Shown: in pieces, positions 46,422-55,133 of the stretch
Layout of the letters: the number at the start of each line of letters is the position of its first letter
Numbering within the stretch: the stretch's first letter is position 1
IMG/VR virus record: IMGVR_UViG_3300049218_000295
Location: 104,949-168,948 of that record
Length of the DNA: 64,000 nt
Direction: 5' to 3' (one strand)
DNA from: a virus
Made by a program: the position numbers and the translations under genes
The notes under the pieces: generated by a model
The model's database searches: none
What the model was told of the DNA's origin: nothing
The model's input: only the letters and a program-made list of their open reading frames with translations

Positions 46422-46535
46422 GCCACTGTAAAGATGGAACCCGCATTTGTACTGGCGTCCTATCCAATTAGACTATTTTCACGGGATTCGAACCCGATTT
46501 CCAGTTGGATTGATGAAAGATTCCTAGAGAGTGGC
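46422..46535 (-). ncRNA. Scaffold copy 6, permuted T-arm/D-arm cargo
   Basis: GCCACT/AGTGGC, GGAATCT/GGGTTCC, TTCATC; CGGG-TTCGAAT-CCCG, then TAGTCTAATTGGATAGGAC, closed by CTGG/CCAG. Confidence 0.72.
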
Positions 46536-46730
46536 GATACTTAAAAAAGTGTATGGGCTGTACGCAAGAACAAGAGCTTAAAAGCTGTTTCGGTCGACTA
46601 CGAATAGACTATGAGCAAGTCCTCCCAAATAGAGGAATTGCGCTAGTACCCGGTTCCACTTCGGGCATCCGGGTCGGTGATGTGGTCTTCTGCTTCTCGG
46701 GGTCGACCTTTATTGGGTATGTCAACATCA

Positions 46731-47324
46731 ATGGTGACTAATGCTGACTTCATTCAACTGCTTGGGCAATCCGTCGACAAGGCCATTGTCAATGGAGGCG
46801 GCGGGGCTGGTGGCCAGATTGTGGCTGTTTACGACGGCTTTGCCCTCACCAGTCACGGCGAGAGGGTGCCATTGCCGCCAGAGACGGGTCTCACCGTGAG
46901 TATTTGCGAAATCACTGGCCGCCCTGATAAAGTGATTTATGGTATCACTGACCGACCAACAATGATCATACGTATGAACTATTCAGGGGGTTTCAATCTA
47001 CTGATTGAGGACTATGCCCGGTTTCCAAATCACATTGAATTGCACGGCGACATTGAGGAAGGTCGCTACCGGATTGTCCAAGCCGATACCCAGGAAGAGC
47101 TTGATGAGTATGGGCGTAGCCTAAATGTTGCTGTAAGTCGTAGTCTATCTGAGCTTCTAAAGTCACAATGCCCAAACGGCCATAAGTGGCACTACTGCCC
47201 AACCCATAATACGCTACAAATGAATTCAGGCCACGATAAAGTTACCCAAAGCGAGGGCGGGAAATGCCTGGGAGCGACGGTGGCTCCTTTCGAAGGCGAC
47301 CAGGACCGAAGCGATAATTGCTGA
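46731..47324 (+). CDS. Hypothetical protein
   Basis: 197 aa; start inferred. Confidence 0.55.
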   Translation: MVTNADFIQLLGQSVDKAIVNGGGGAGGQIVAVYDGFALTSHGERVPLPPETGLTVSICEITGRPDKVIYGITDRPTMIIRMNYSGGFNLLIEDYARFPNHIELHGDIEEGRYRIVQADTQEELDEYGRSLNVAVSRSLSELLKSQCPNGHKWHYCPTHNTLQMNSGHDKVTQSEGGKCLGATVAPFEGDQDRSDNC

Positions 47325-47344
47325 AGTAGAAGGTCTGTGTTATT

Positions 47345-47950
47345 TTACGCCCATTGGCTCACGGAAACGTGGTTGCCGGTCTCACATAAGTAAAAATGGG
47401 CGGAGCCCTCACATTGCATGACAGCTCCGCCCGTTGTCAAGGCCCGAGGAATTCTTGGTGGATATTCCTCGGGCCGTTTGACAAGCGCCAAAAACTATGT
47501 TCATGAGTTGGATCAGGTGGATTTGACCTCTGGAATTTCCGCACCGCAAGGGCCTGTGGCCCCCTATTGGTTTAGCTTATCCCCGTCTGTCCACCCGGCC
47601 AGGGTATCGGACTCGATAGGGTCTCAGCGGATTTTCCACTCACTGCTTGTAAATTCAAAAACTCTTCTGCAAACTTAGTCCCCCAATACGTTTGAGGCCG
47701 GTGTTGGATCTCTCCAAACCGGCCTCGAATTCCTTCAAAACTTTTTAATCTTGTTGATTAAGTTTTGAGATCCTCCAAAGCCGATTCGTTCCCGAGTTTA
47801 CCGGGGCGACGATCCAGGCACATAATCGCGACTGCCACTGCTGGCAACGCGTGCGTCTTATGTAATCTGGTTGTTAGCTTTATCGATCCCATTTGTTTTA
47901 CCTAATCTCCTGTGGCCTTTTATGGTCCACTGGATTGTTCTAACATGAAA
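47345..47950 (-). other. About 600-nt hairpin-rich non-coding region (large ncRNA or attenuator leader)
   Basis: Long inverted repeats at 47398-47432, 47434-47484 and 47691-47729; no convincing long ORF. Confidence 0.55.
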
Positions 47951-47971
47951 TCTAATATCGAGTCAATATTT

Positions 47972-48208
47972 CTATTTGCTCGTATATCTCGCTGCTTGTA
48001 CTGTGAGTTCTTCTAGCCGCTCGCAGAGACCCAATAATTGCTGATGCTCTTCTGAGGTGAGAGGCAAATTCTGATAAACTTTTTCTCGGAGAGGGAAAAT
48101 TTTGTTTCTGAGTTGTTGAGAACGACGGAGCAGCACTTCTTGATAGGGCAGCACTCCGATTTGGGCCAGAACTCTCCTTACCGATTCTGGACAAGAAGTA
48201 TCACTCAT
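47972..48208 (-). CDS. Hypothetical protein
   Basis: Coupled to upstream gene, 78 aa. Confidence 0.5.
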   Translation of the reverse strand: MSDTSCPESVRRVLAQIGVLPYQEVLLRRSQQLRNKIFPLREKVYQNLPLTSEEHQQLLGLCERLEELTVQAARYTSK

Positions 48209-48536
48209 CAGTAGTAGCTCCATTCTTGTATTCGAGATACGCGTTGAGGATGGCTTCAATATTCTCTCGGCCCACCGGATTAGCTGAGTGCACGTTGAAC
48301 TGAAAATCATCCGGAATTCGTACTTTTCCATCAAGATCAGCATCCACCAGCCATTTCGCAAAGCCATAACCGGATTCACTTTCAATATCGGAGCCTAAAT
48401 CGTGATCAAATGAGATATAAGAAGGGCACCCTGATTCCAGGACTACGGTCTTCGCTTCATCAACATTACGAACCACTACCCAGGAACGCTTGGTCTTAGG
48501 AACACGCTCGTCATCGATATAAAGTGACCAACTCAT
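48201..48536 (-). CDS. Cyclic-phosphate-processing receiver-domain protein
   Basis: LYIDDER.P, ISFDHDLG, SGYGFAKWL, VHSANPVG. Confidence 0.85.
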   Translation of the reverse strand: MSWSLYIDDERVPKTKRSWVVVRNVDEAKTVVLESGCPSYISFDHDLGSDIESESGYGFAKWLVDADLDGKVRIPDDFQFNVHSANPVGRENIEAILNAYLEYKNGATTDE

Positions 48537-48763
48537 TTTCGGTACCTTAATCGTAAACCTTGAATTGAGCCATAGCACGATGGCTTGTTCCAGTGTTTCC
48601 AGGGCTTACACATCCCACAACCACACGAAAAATTAGACTTCCGCATTCGACCCAACTGCTTGGGATCATTTTTCCATTCTTTGACCATCGCGCCCCAAAT
48701 ACGCATACGCTTTTTTGAGACACGTTCTGACTGCTGCCTTCGATAAGCACGAGACCGAGACAT
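48533..48763 (-). CDS. Basic Cys-containing phage protein
   Basis: MSRSRAYRR, SCGCGMCKPWK; AAGGAG SD. Confidence 0.7.
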   Translation of the reverse strand: MSRSRAYRRQQSERVSKKRMRIWGAMVKEWKNDPKQLGRMRKSNFSCGCGMCKPWKHWNKPSCYGSIQGLRLRYRK

Positions 48764-48843
48764 TTATACTCTCCTTGTTGTCGACGGGCGCAACCCGCAC
48801 GAACTTGAAGAGTATCAGAAAGTTTATCATGGCCATAAAATAA

Positions 48844-49458
48844 CTACACCCAGCGGAAAATATACCCGCCTGCTGACTTGTACCCGTTTTTACCCCGCAG
48901 GCAATTTCTAATATGCCCTCGGTCCACATTCAGTTTGTGCGCAGCATCACGTACCATTAAGAATTCGCCCACTTTCTCACCTGTCTCTTTATTGAAAACC
49001 TCAAAAGGCTTTGCGCCATTACTCAAAGCGATTTTGGTCCTGTGTTCAGCGCTGTTGACATGACCGTGGCGTCGTTGGTTAGCAGCGACAATCGCAGCTA
49101 TTACTTTTGGCTGTTTCATTCTCAGTCGAACTACGTCGGAGATTCTTTGCTTGGTGATGAGGTTATGGGTGGCTTTCTCACCACCTTTAGTCAAATTGAA
49201 GCCACTGGTGGGATCTGTTGAGTCATAATGGTCAATCCAGAAAATCTCGCGTCGGCAGGCTTCTTCCCAGGTTGCACATTCCTCAATTATAGACCAAACA
49301 AACGCAGCCTTACCATACTTTCCTAAAGCTCTAGAAAAGTGCGAACTTTGTTTCCCAGCTTTGCTTTCGTGGTGCCATCTCCTATCTTTCAATCCCCTGC
49401 TTGTGATTCCGATATATACACGTCCGTCTGCATGAGTAGCCTTATAGACAACTATCAT
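48844..49458 (-). CDS. GIY-YIG homing endonuclease with NUMOD-type C-terminal domain
   Basis: VVYK...RVYIG.T, RE.FWI..Y, GFNLT.GG; AA..L......I..CL.GK....AGGYIF. Confidence 0.88.
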   Translation of the reverse strand: MIVVYKATHADGRVYIGITSRGLKDRRWHHESKAGKQSSHFSRALGKYGKAAFVWSIIEECATWEEACRREIFWIDHYDSTDPTSGFNLTKGGEKATHNLITKQRISDVVRLRMKQPKVIAAIVAANQRRHGHVNSAEHRTKIALSNGAKPFEVFNKETGEKVGEFLMVRDAAHKLNVDRGHIRNCLRGKNGYKSAGGYIFRWV

Positions 49459-49479
49459 ACAATAAAGGTAAGACTGGGA

Positions 49480-50136
49480 TTAATCGTAGTCCCAAGGGTC
49501 AAGCCAAAGGCGCAATAGGCTTTTTTGGTCGGCAAAAGCATCCCAATCGCCCTTGGCAATCATACGTTCTTCCCAGCGTCGCATGCCACGGTTTCCGAGA
49601 GTACGACAGTACTTGCGTGCGCCCACACCCCGACGCCAATTACCGTAGTCTCGGCGGCGACTACGGGTGAAGCCCTTTTTGTCGCGCCAGTCCTTCTTCT
49701 TTTGCTTTTCGGCCTCGACTTCGGGGTCACGCTCTTTAGCGGAATAGTCCACTGGGATTTTTTGGCGGTAGTGCGCACCGTTGCGAGGGTACCAATGGGA
49801 ATAATCGTCGCGGAGACAGCTACAGTAGCGACGATAACGGTGATGTCTTTCGCAAACACGTGGCAGGCCGCCATTAAGAACGGCGGTCTCGAACTCTTTA
49901 TAGGAGAGTTTGAGTTGCCCACCACCGCGACCAAGGTGGTAGAGATAGGTAAGAGTATCAAGTCGGATTTGATGGCTGGGCTTTACAGGCTCGGGTTCGG
50001 GGTCACGCCAAGGGGCGTAGTAGCGATATGGGGGTGCCCAGCAGGGGTCACCGTGCTGAGATTTGTAGAATTCATAAGCGGATGCTATGAACTGACGTTG
50101 AACGTCTTCGGTCCAAGGGGATGATACAGAATGCAT
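49480..50136 (-). CDS. Arg-rich hypothetical protein
   Basis: 218 aa; SD located in a hairpin. Confidence 0.65.
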   Translation of the reverse strand: MHSVSSPWTEDVQRQFIASAYEFYKSQHGDPCWAPPYRYYAPWRDPEPEPVKPSHQIRLDTLTYLYHLGRGGGQLKLSYKEFETAVLNGGLPRVCERHHRYRRYCSCLRDDYSHWYPRNGAHYRQKIPVDYSAKERDPEVEAEKQKKKDWRDKKGFTRSRRRDYGNWRRGVGARKYCRTLGNRGMRRWEERMIAKGDWDAFADQKSLLRLWLDPWDYD

Positions 50137-50324
50137 AGTTTATAGGCTCCTTTACTAATGACCTATAAACATATAGTCCTCCCTTTGTGTGTCAAGTGAT
50201 GAAAGATTGCGCCGAGAGCGGTGAACAAGTCCCCAAGACCAGCCGCTATAATTGGACAACCCTTTGAGGCCTTTTTGGGGCCTCACATCAAAGGTAACAC
50301 AGGTTGTGGACCATGTCAATCCAT

Positions 50325-51077
50325 TTATTTGAATTGCTTGATTTGCTTGGACAGTTCTATGGCTTGCTTTACGCGTTTTATTGCTTCTTCACAATATTTG
50401 GGTTCAATTTCAATCCCAATGGTTCTGCGCCCTTCAAGGATCGCAGCAATACAGGTAGAGCCGGTACCCATAAAGGGATCGAACACGATTTCATTTTGTC
50501 CAGTAGACATTTCAATGAGCTGTGTAAGCAAGGCGATTGGTTTTTGAGTGGGGTGAGTACGTGAAGTTTCTCCCGACCGACTTACGCGCAGTACTGTGCC
50601 TTTACGCAGTCGGGCAGCAAGCTGCCCAGTCTTTTCAGAACGCTTGCCAGTATAACGTTTAACACCAAACCAAATTGGTTCATGGCTCTTGCCCCAAGGA
50701 ATTGTAAGATCTCCCGCAGACATTGAGGATTTATCCCAAATTAAATCTGTCACACCGCCCACTTCATTTGGAATTGTCTGACTAGGAGTAATCGGGCCAA
50801 AAACGTACCCATGACGGTTGATTTTGAGTTCTCGCCACGACTTGTTCAAAATTTCCAAGACTTTAGTATAATCGTCATCGCCTGTAATGCCATCAAATTG
50901 TTCGAGCACGTCTCGACTATTGGTCTTATAACCGTTGCAATACGGTGGATCGGTGAGCAACAAGTCATAGACTCGTCTTGCTGCCCCAATACCCTCTGCT
51001 GGCAGTTCAGGAATAACTTCGAGAGCGTCACCGCAATAGAGAATGACGCCCTCAGATTCAAATATTGGTTTAATCAC
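50325..51077 (-). CDS. Amino (N4-C/N6-A) DNA methyltransferase, beta class
   Basis: TDPPY, HPTQKP, FDPFMGTGST, GIEI. Confidence 0.92.
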   Translation of the reverse strand: MIKPIFESEGVILYCGDALEVIPELPAEGIGAARRVYDLLLTDPPYCNGYKTNSRDVLEQFDGITGDDDYTKVLEILNKSWRELKINRHGYVFGPITPSQTIPNEVGGVTDLIWDKSSMSAGDLTIPWGKSHEPIWFGVKRYTGKRSEKTGQLAARLRKGTVLRVSRSGETSRTHPTQKPIALLTQLIEMSTGQNEIVFDPFMGTGSTCIAAILEGRRTIGIEIEPKYCEEAIKRVKQAIELSKQIKQFK

Positions 51078-51594
51078 TTAATCCCATCACCCAATCTGCA
51101 AGCTCCTCAACTTCGGAGTCTCTGGGTATTTGTGTCATAATTTTGACCTTAATATCATAAGATTCCAGATCTTCTTTGAGGCTATAATGTTCAGAACCCG
51201 AAGTTGCAAAACCGTTCATATCTTGAACCAGATCCAGATGTAACAAGAAATTTTTAACCATTCCATGTTTTGGGTCCGAACGACGTTGGAGCATAGCCGA
51301 TCCCAATGCATCCTTGTAACCTTTTTTACAATTTTTGTGATCGTGTTTTCCTGTTATCTCGTGGTGCTTGGTGGTGTTCACTTTTATTTCAACACAGTGT
51401 ATCACACCATCTTTATCCAAATAAGCATCAGTGTTTGACTTTAAACCCGGATGAACTCTACCAGCTATTAAACCACGCTGAACAAAAATTCTGACCAGTT
51501 TGTCAGCTAAAAATCTTCCAGTATCTGCGGCTGCGTAAATCTTGTGCTCGGTTAGGCTAATTGCTTTTTTAGCGGGATTCTTTGATTTGCTCAT
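51070..51594 (-). CDS. PD-(D/E)XK-like protein
   Basis: NTDAY...CVEIK; overlaps the MTase start; AT-rich. Confidence 0.5.
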   Translation of the reverse strand: MSKSKNPAKKAISLTEHKIYAAADTGRFLADKLVRIFVQRGLIAGRVHPGLKSNTDAYLDKDGVIHCVEIKVNTTKHHEITGKHDHKNCKKGYKDALGSAMLQRRSDPKHGMVKNFLLHLDLVQDMNGFATSGSEHYSLKEDLESYDIKVKIMTQIPRDSEVEELADWVMGLSD

Positions 51595-51691
51595 TTGGTA
51601 TTTTATGACCTTTTCAGAATCGCCCAGGCCACCGCCAGAAATTTATGGTTAACCAATATTACCGTTTATAAAAGAACAAAGGAGGCACTCT

Positions 51692-51730
51692 ATGACTTAT
51701 CACTAGGTATCACTTGATAAACCACCCTAA
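51692..51730 (+). promoter_or_regulatory. Leader ORF with internal amber: MTYH-TAG-VSLDKPP-TAA
   Basis: AAGGAGG SD at 51679-51685; ATG ACT TAT CAC TAG GTA TCA CTT GAT AAA CCA CCC TAA. Confidence 0.55.
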
Positions 51731-51780
51731 TTCTTCTTGGTCCCCGAATTGTATCCCAACAATCAACCAAGGAGAAATCA

Positions 51781-52173
51781 ATGCGTACTTACAAATCTGC
51801 TACCCTCAACCGTCTGAAATCTGAACTCAAAAATCTCACAGCCACCATCAAAGTGGAAAAACCTGCTTATCGCACCGCTTACAGTGAAGCTGCCCGCGAT
51901 ATTGGGCCGTGGTCCGCCGTAACTACTCACGGTAGTGAACTCGGCAATGCTCAATACGAATTTCGCCATAAGCATATTGTATATTGCTTATTGCGAGGTC
52001 GTACTATGGAGCAGATTGAGAACAAGCCTCGCTGCGCCAATGAGAAGGGTTATTGCTACAAATGTAATCATCCCAACAAGAAGCGTATCGAGACTGAGTT
52101 GGCTGAATGTCAAGAGGCAATGGAAAAAGAGAAGGCTGCTGCTTTGAATGAGGCCCAACGTGCCGTGGGTTGA
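51781..52173 (+). CDS. Hypothetical phage protein
   Basis: FRHKHIVYCLLRGRT.EQIE; AAGGAG SD. Confidence 0.75.
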   Translation: MRTYKSATLNRLKSELKNLTATIKVEKPAYRTAYSEAARDIGPWSAVTTHGSELGNAQYEFRHKHIVYCLLRGRTMEQIENKPRCANEKGYCYKCNHPNKKRIETELAECQEAMEKEKAAALNEAQRAVG

Positions 52174-52687
52174 ACTAAAGAAATATCCTTTTCACCAAGA
52201 TGAGCGGGCTTCATGCCCGCTCTACTTGAGTGAGAAATCGTTTAAAGAAGTCGAGTCGGAAATGGCCGATATTCGTGAGGAATTCGCACATCTCGGCGTT
52301 TCCGACGTTCGGTTCAACAGTCATTTCAAGAGCCATGGCTATGGGGCCTACACAACCTGGTGGACTCTGGAAGGATGGTACGATGAGTAACTATTAGGAA
52401 TGCGTTGGTTGTGCGGGGGATAAAGTTTACCTTCTTGTGAAAGATGGTAAGGTTTATCGTGCTACTTTCAGTTTTTCACTGGCTGAACACCTTTCTCAGG
52501 GCCATTATGAGATTCGGCGGGTAGGGCTCAAATTAGGAAAGGTGCTTTCTTCCGGGGAAACAAGCTCATCTGGATTGTATGCGGTTGTCGCTCATCGGAG
52601 AGACCGTATCTTGCGGGTGAGTTTAATCAAGGACGTGGCCAACATGTTAGTAGATGGAACAAGGTACATAGCGGAGGTATGGGTATC

Positions 52688-53113
52688 ATGAGTGAAAAGA
52701 AATTGACGCCAAAAGAGCGAGCGGAGCAAAGCTATCAAACGATGCAAAGAACCTATGAGTTGAACCAAAAGCTCAAAGAAATTGGTGTTATCGACGAGGA
52801 CGCCCTGGGCAAAGTACTTTATGAACAAGGTACCGTCGACCGAGTGAACGATAAACTCTACTGCGTGGTTGATGCCACTCTTTCTAAGTCACAGCAGGGC
52901 GTACAGGCAGCGCACGGAGTGGCTCAGTATTTGCTTGAACACCGAGATACAAAATGGAACAATGGCACGCTCATTATCCTGAAGTCTTATGACCTTAGCC
53001 AGTGGGAAGATTGGGCGGAATCAATGTTCCGGGAACCAGACCTCGATAATCGAGTTACTGCCTGTGTATCCTTTGGAAAACCAGACCCGTCTAGTTACTG
53101 CCCGCTGATGTGA
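52688..53113 (+). CDS. Divergent Pth2-like peptidyl-tRNA hydrolase
   Basis: KLYCVV...LS..QQGVQAAH, W.NGTLI.L, FREPDL.NRVTA. Confidence 0.7.
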   Translation: MSEKKLTPKERAEQSYQTMQRTYELNQKLKEIGVIDEDALGKVLYEQGTVDRVNDKLYCVVDATLSKSQQGVQAAHGVAQYLLEHRDTKWNNGTLIILKSYDLSQWEDWAESMFREPDLDNRVTACVSFGKPDPSSYCPLM

Positions 53114-53525
53114 ATGCTTGCAAAGGTGAATTCAATTTTGCGAGTTCTAATTCCAGCTCATGAAGCCTGGTTTGTGATTGAGCCAATTCCTTTTCTTTGG
53201 CAGCCAGCGCGGTTGCGGTGTCTTTAAGTGCTGCTTCGTATCGGGTTTTGGCGTTTTTGACGTCAAGTTGGATACGTTCTTCTGCAGTCATCACTGCGAC
53301 CTCGAAGTTGTCTTGGGTGCCCATGACCTTCTTTTCATTGTAACCGTCATATTCTTCGTAGTAATATGTCGCTCGCGGTTTTGGATGTCGACCGGTAATA
53401 ACTAGCTCATCAATGATGTGATGCATGCAGTTGTATCTACTGGTGAGCCCCATAGTGACTACTCGGTCTCGAAGAGCTTTATGGATTGTTTCGACTGCTT
53501 TGTGAAATTCGTCTGGAGTTACCAT
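53091..53525 (-). CDS. Hypothetical coiled-coil protein
   Basis: 144 aa. Confidence 0.6.
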   Translation of the reverse strand: MVTPDEFHKAVETIHKALRDRVVTMGLTSRYNCMHHIIDELVITGRHPKPRATYYYEEYDGYNEKKVMGTQDNFEVAVMTAEERIQLDVKNAKTRYEAALKDTATALAAKEKELAQSQTRLHELELELAKLNSPLQAFTSAGSN

Positions 53526-53542
53526 ACGAATGTTTTATAACC

Positions 53543-53573
53543 GTGAGCCAGCACCCGTCGATGCTGGCTCACG
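53543..53573. terminator. Stem-loop downstream of the S53 peptidase
   Basis: GTGAGCCAGCA/TGCTGGCTCAC inverted repeat. Confidence 0.6.
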
Positions 53574-53600
53574 AATCTCCTTCTACCATAGGTAGATGAG

Positions 53601-55082
53601 TTAAAGAGCTTTTAGGACCTTAAGGAGAGCGGCAGCCCTCATGCTACCCCATCCGGTTACGGCGTCCCACCCCGGAGCTGCGGTAAATGCGCCATTGCTG
53701 CCGGAGACGACATCGTCAAAGCAGCTCGCTTTCTGGGCGTCCGAAACATTGAGGTAAATTCCATGCATGTCGAAGGATTTGCTGGCCCGAGCAGCATTTA
53801 CAAGAGCAGCAAAACCTGACCACTGAGGTGCCGCAATGCTAGTTCCCCCGATGACGATATAGCTTGCGTCTTTCATCACGTTACCATTGGCGTCGTAGTA
53901 ATGAAGCCAAGTTGGTTGACCCGAATTTGGGTCAGCATTGAAGGCCACGTCGGGATAAGCGCGTTTAGGATAGGTCGTAGCGCTCAATTCCGATTGGTAA
54001 CTTGGTTTCGCATACAAGGTGCTGATACCGCCACCACTACCGGACCAAGCAGTCTCGGAAGCGAGACCTGAAGGAAGAAGAGCTAAAGTGGTTCCACCAA
54101 CCGCCACCACATTCGGGCTAGAAGCTGGATAGTCCGCCATTACCGATCCGTCCTGCAAACAATCAGAGCCGCTGTCACCAGATGCAACGAAAATGTTAAT
54201 GCCTTGGGCGACCGCTTGGGCAAATACCTTATCCATCGCCGTTTTGTGGTCCGCAGCAAGCTGGCTTTCGCAGCTACCCCAACTGTAGTTAACGACTTTA
54301 GACTGATTGTTATCCACGATGGCGGTAAACATTGCAAGTTCCCCGGCGTCACTGTTTTCAGCCGAGGTATAAACGTGAATAGAGGCTCCGTGAGCAATCA
54401 TTCCGGAAAATTCGGCATCAGTTTGGGTTTCGGCAGCGGAGTCGGTGTTGTAGACCGCAGTACCATTGAAATTCACCTGTTCCACTGTGGGAGCTGGACT
54501 CACACCATTTTTGGTATAGTAGTCCTTAACGTCTTGAACGTAGAAACTGTCGTAAGTTGCAATCGAGATATTTTGTCCTTTAGCCGAAAGACCGCTTGCG
54601 TAAAGAGTGTCAAATCCGTAGGCTTTCTGAATTTGCGCGGGTAAAAAGCCACTGAAATCTTTTGGTGCAGACGTCAAGAAGCGAAGATGCGGCTTACGCT
54701 TAACACTTGGAGATAGACCAAGTACTTTAACCGGAGCGGCGTTGGTATCTAAAGCACGCATGTTTTGTTGGAACCCTTGAAGCACTTTACGGTCGGCGCG
54801 AACCATAATAACCAAGTGAGAATTTGAGACTTTAACAATTGCGATTTTTTGTGTTTTGAGTTGCGCTACCACTTGGTTGAATTGGGCATCGGTAGGACCA
54901 GCAAGCTGGCGGATTTCTTCCGGAGAATAGAACTTTTGGTAACGCGGTGATTGGGGGTCAGTTACTGATTGAGCCAAAGATTGAAGTGAAACGCGCTCTT
55001 TTAGTTGGATTGCCGCAGTGATGACCTCGGCGTGCGCGATTGATGGAAGAAGCATAAACAAAACAGCTAATAGCGTTTTCAT
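53601..55082 (-). CDS. S53 (sedolisin/kumamolisin) serine-carboxyl peptidase with signal peptide and prodomain
   Basis: E...D, SWG, ASGDSG, PASSP.V.AVGGT, PDVA, GGTS.AAP, GWDAVTGWG. Confidence 0.95.
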   Translation of the reverse strand: MKTLLAVLFMLLPSIAHAEVITAAIQLKERVSLQSLAQSVTDPQSPRYQKFYSPEEIRQLAGPTDAQFNQVVAQLKTQKIAIVKVSNSHLVIMVRADRKVLQGFQQNMRALDTNAAPVKVLGLSPSVKRKPHLRFLTSAPKDFSGFLPAQIQKAYGFDTLYASGLSAKGQNISIATYDSFYVQDVKDYYTKNGVSPAPTVEQVNFNGTAVYNTDSAAETQTDAEFSGMIAHGASIHVYTSAENSDAGELAMFTAIVDNNQSKVVNYSWGSCESQLAADHKTAMDKVFAQAVAQGINIFVASGDSGSDCLQDGSVMADYPASSPNVVAVGGTTLALLPSGLASETAWSGSGGGISTLYAKPSYQSELSATTYPKRAYPDVAFNADPNSGQPTWLHYYDANGNVMKDASYIVIGGTSIAAPQWSGFAALVNAARASKSFDMHGIYLNVSDAQKASCFDDVVSGSNGAFTAAPGWDAVTGWGSMRAAALLKVLKAL

Positions 55083-55133
55083 GGAAACCTCGTTGTGAGT
55101 TTACTGCCCTTCCAGGAATATAACCGGCTTCTA

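Noticed and set aside
44306-46535. CRISPR array interpretation of the GCCACTGTA...GAGTGGC repeats
   Set aside because: Units are self-complementary, vary from 58 to 126 nt, are irregularly spaced with genes between them, and no cas genes are present.
45808-47950. tmRNA, RNase P RNA or group I/II intron
   Set aside because: No tmRNA termini or tag frame, no GAGGAAAGUCC, no group I P7 or group II domain V consensus was found by eye.
49525-50124. Long antisense ORFs (e.g. 49525..50124, 12854..13420, 14284..14766)
   Set aside because: Shadows of well-supported genes on the opposite strand, with no SD or motifs.
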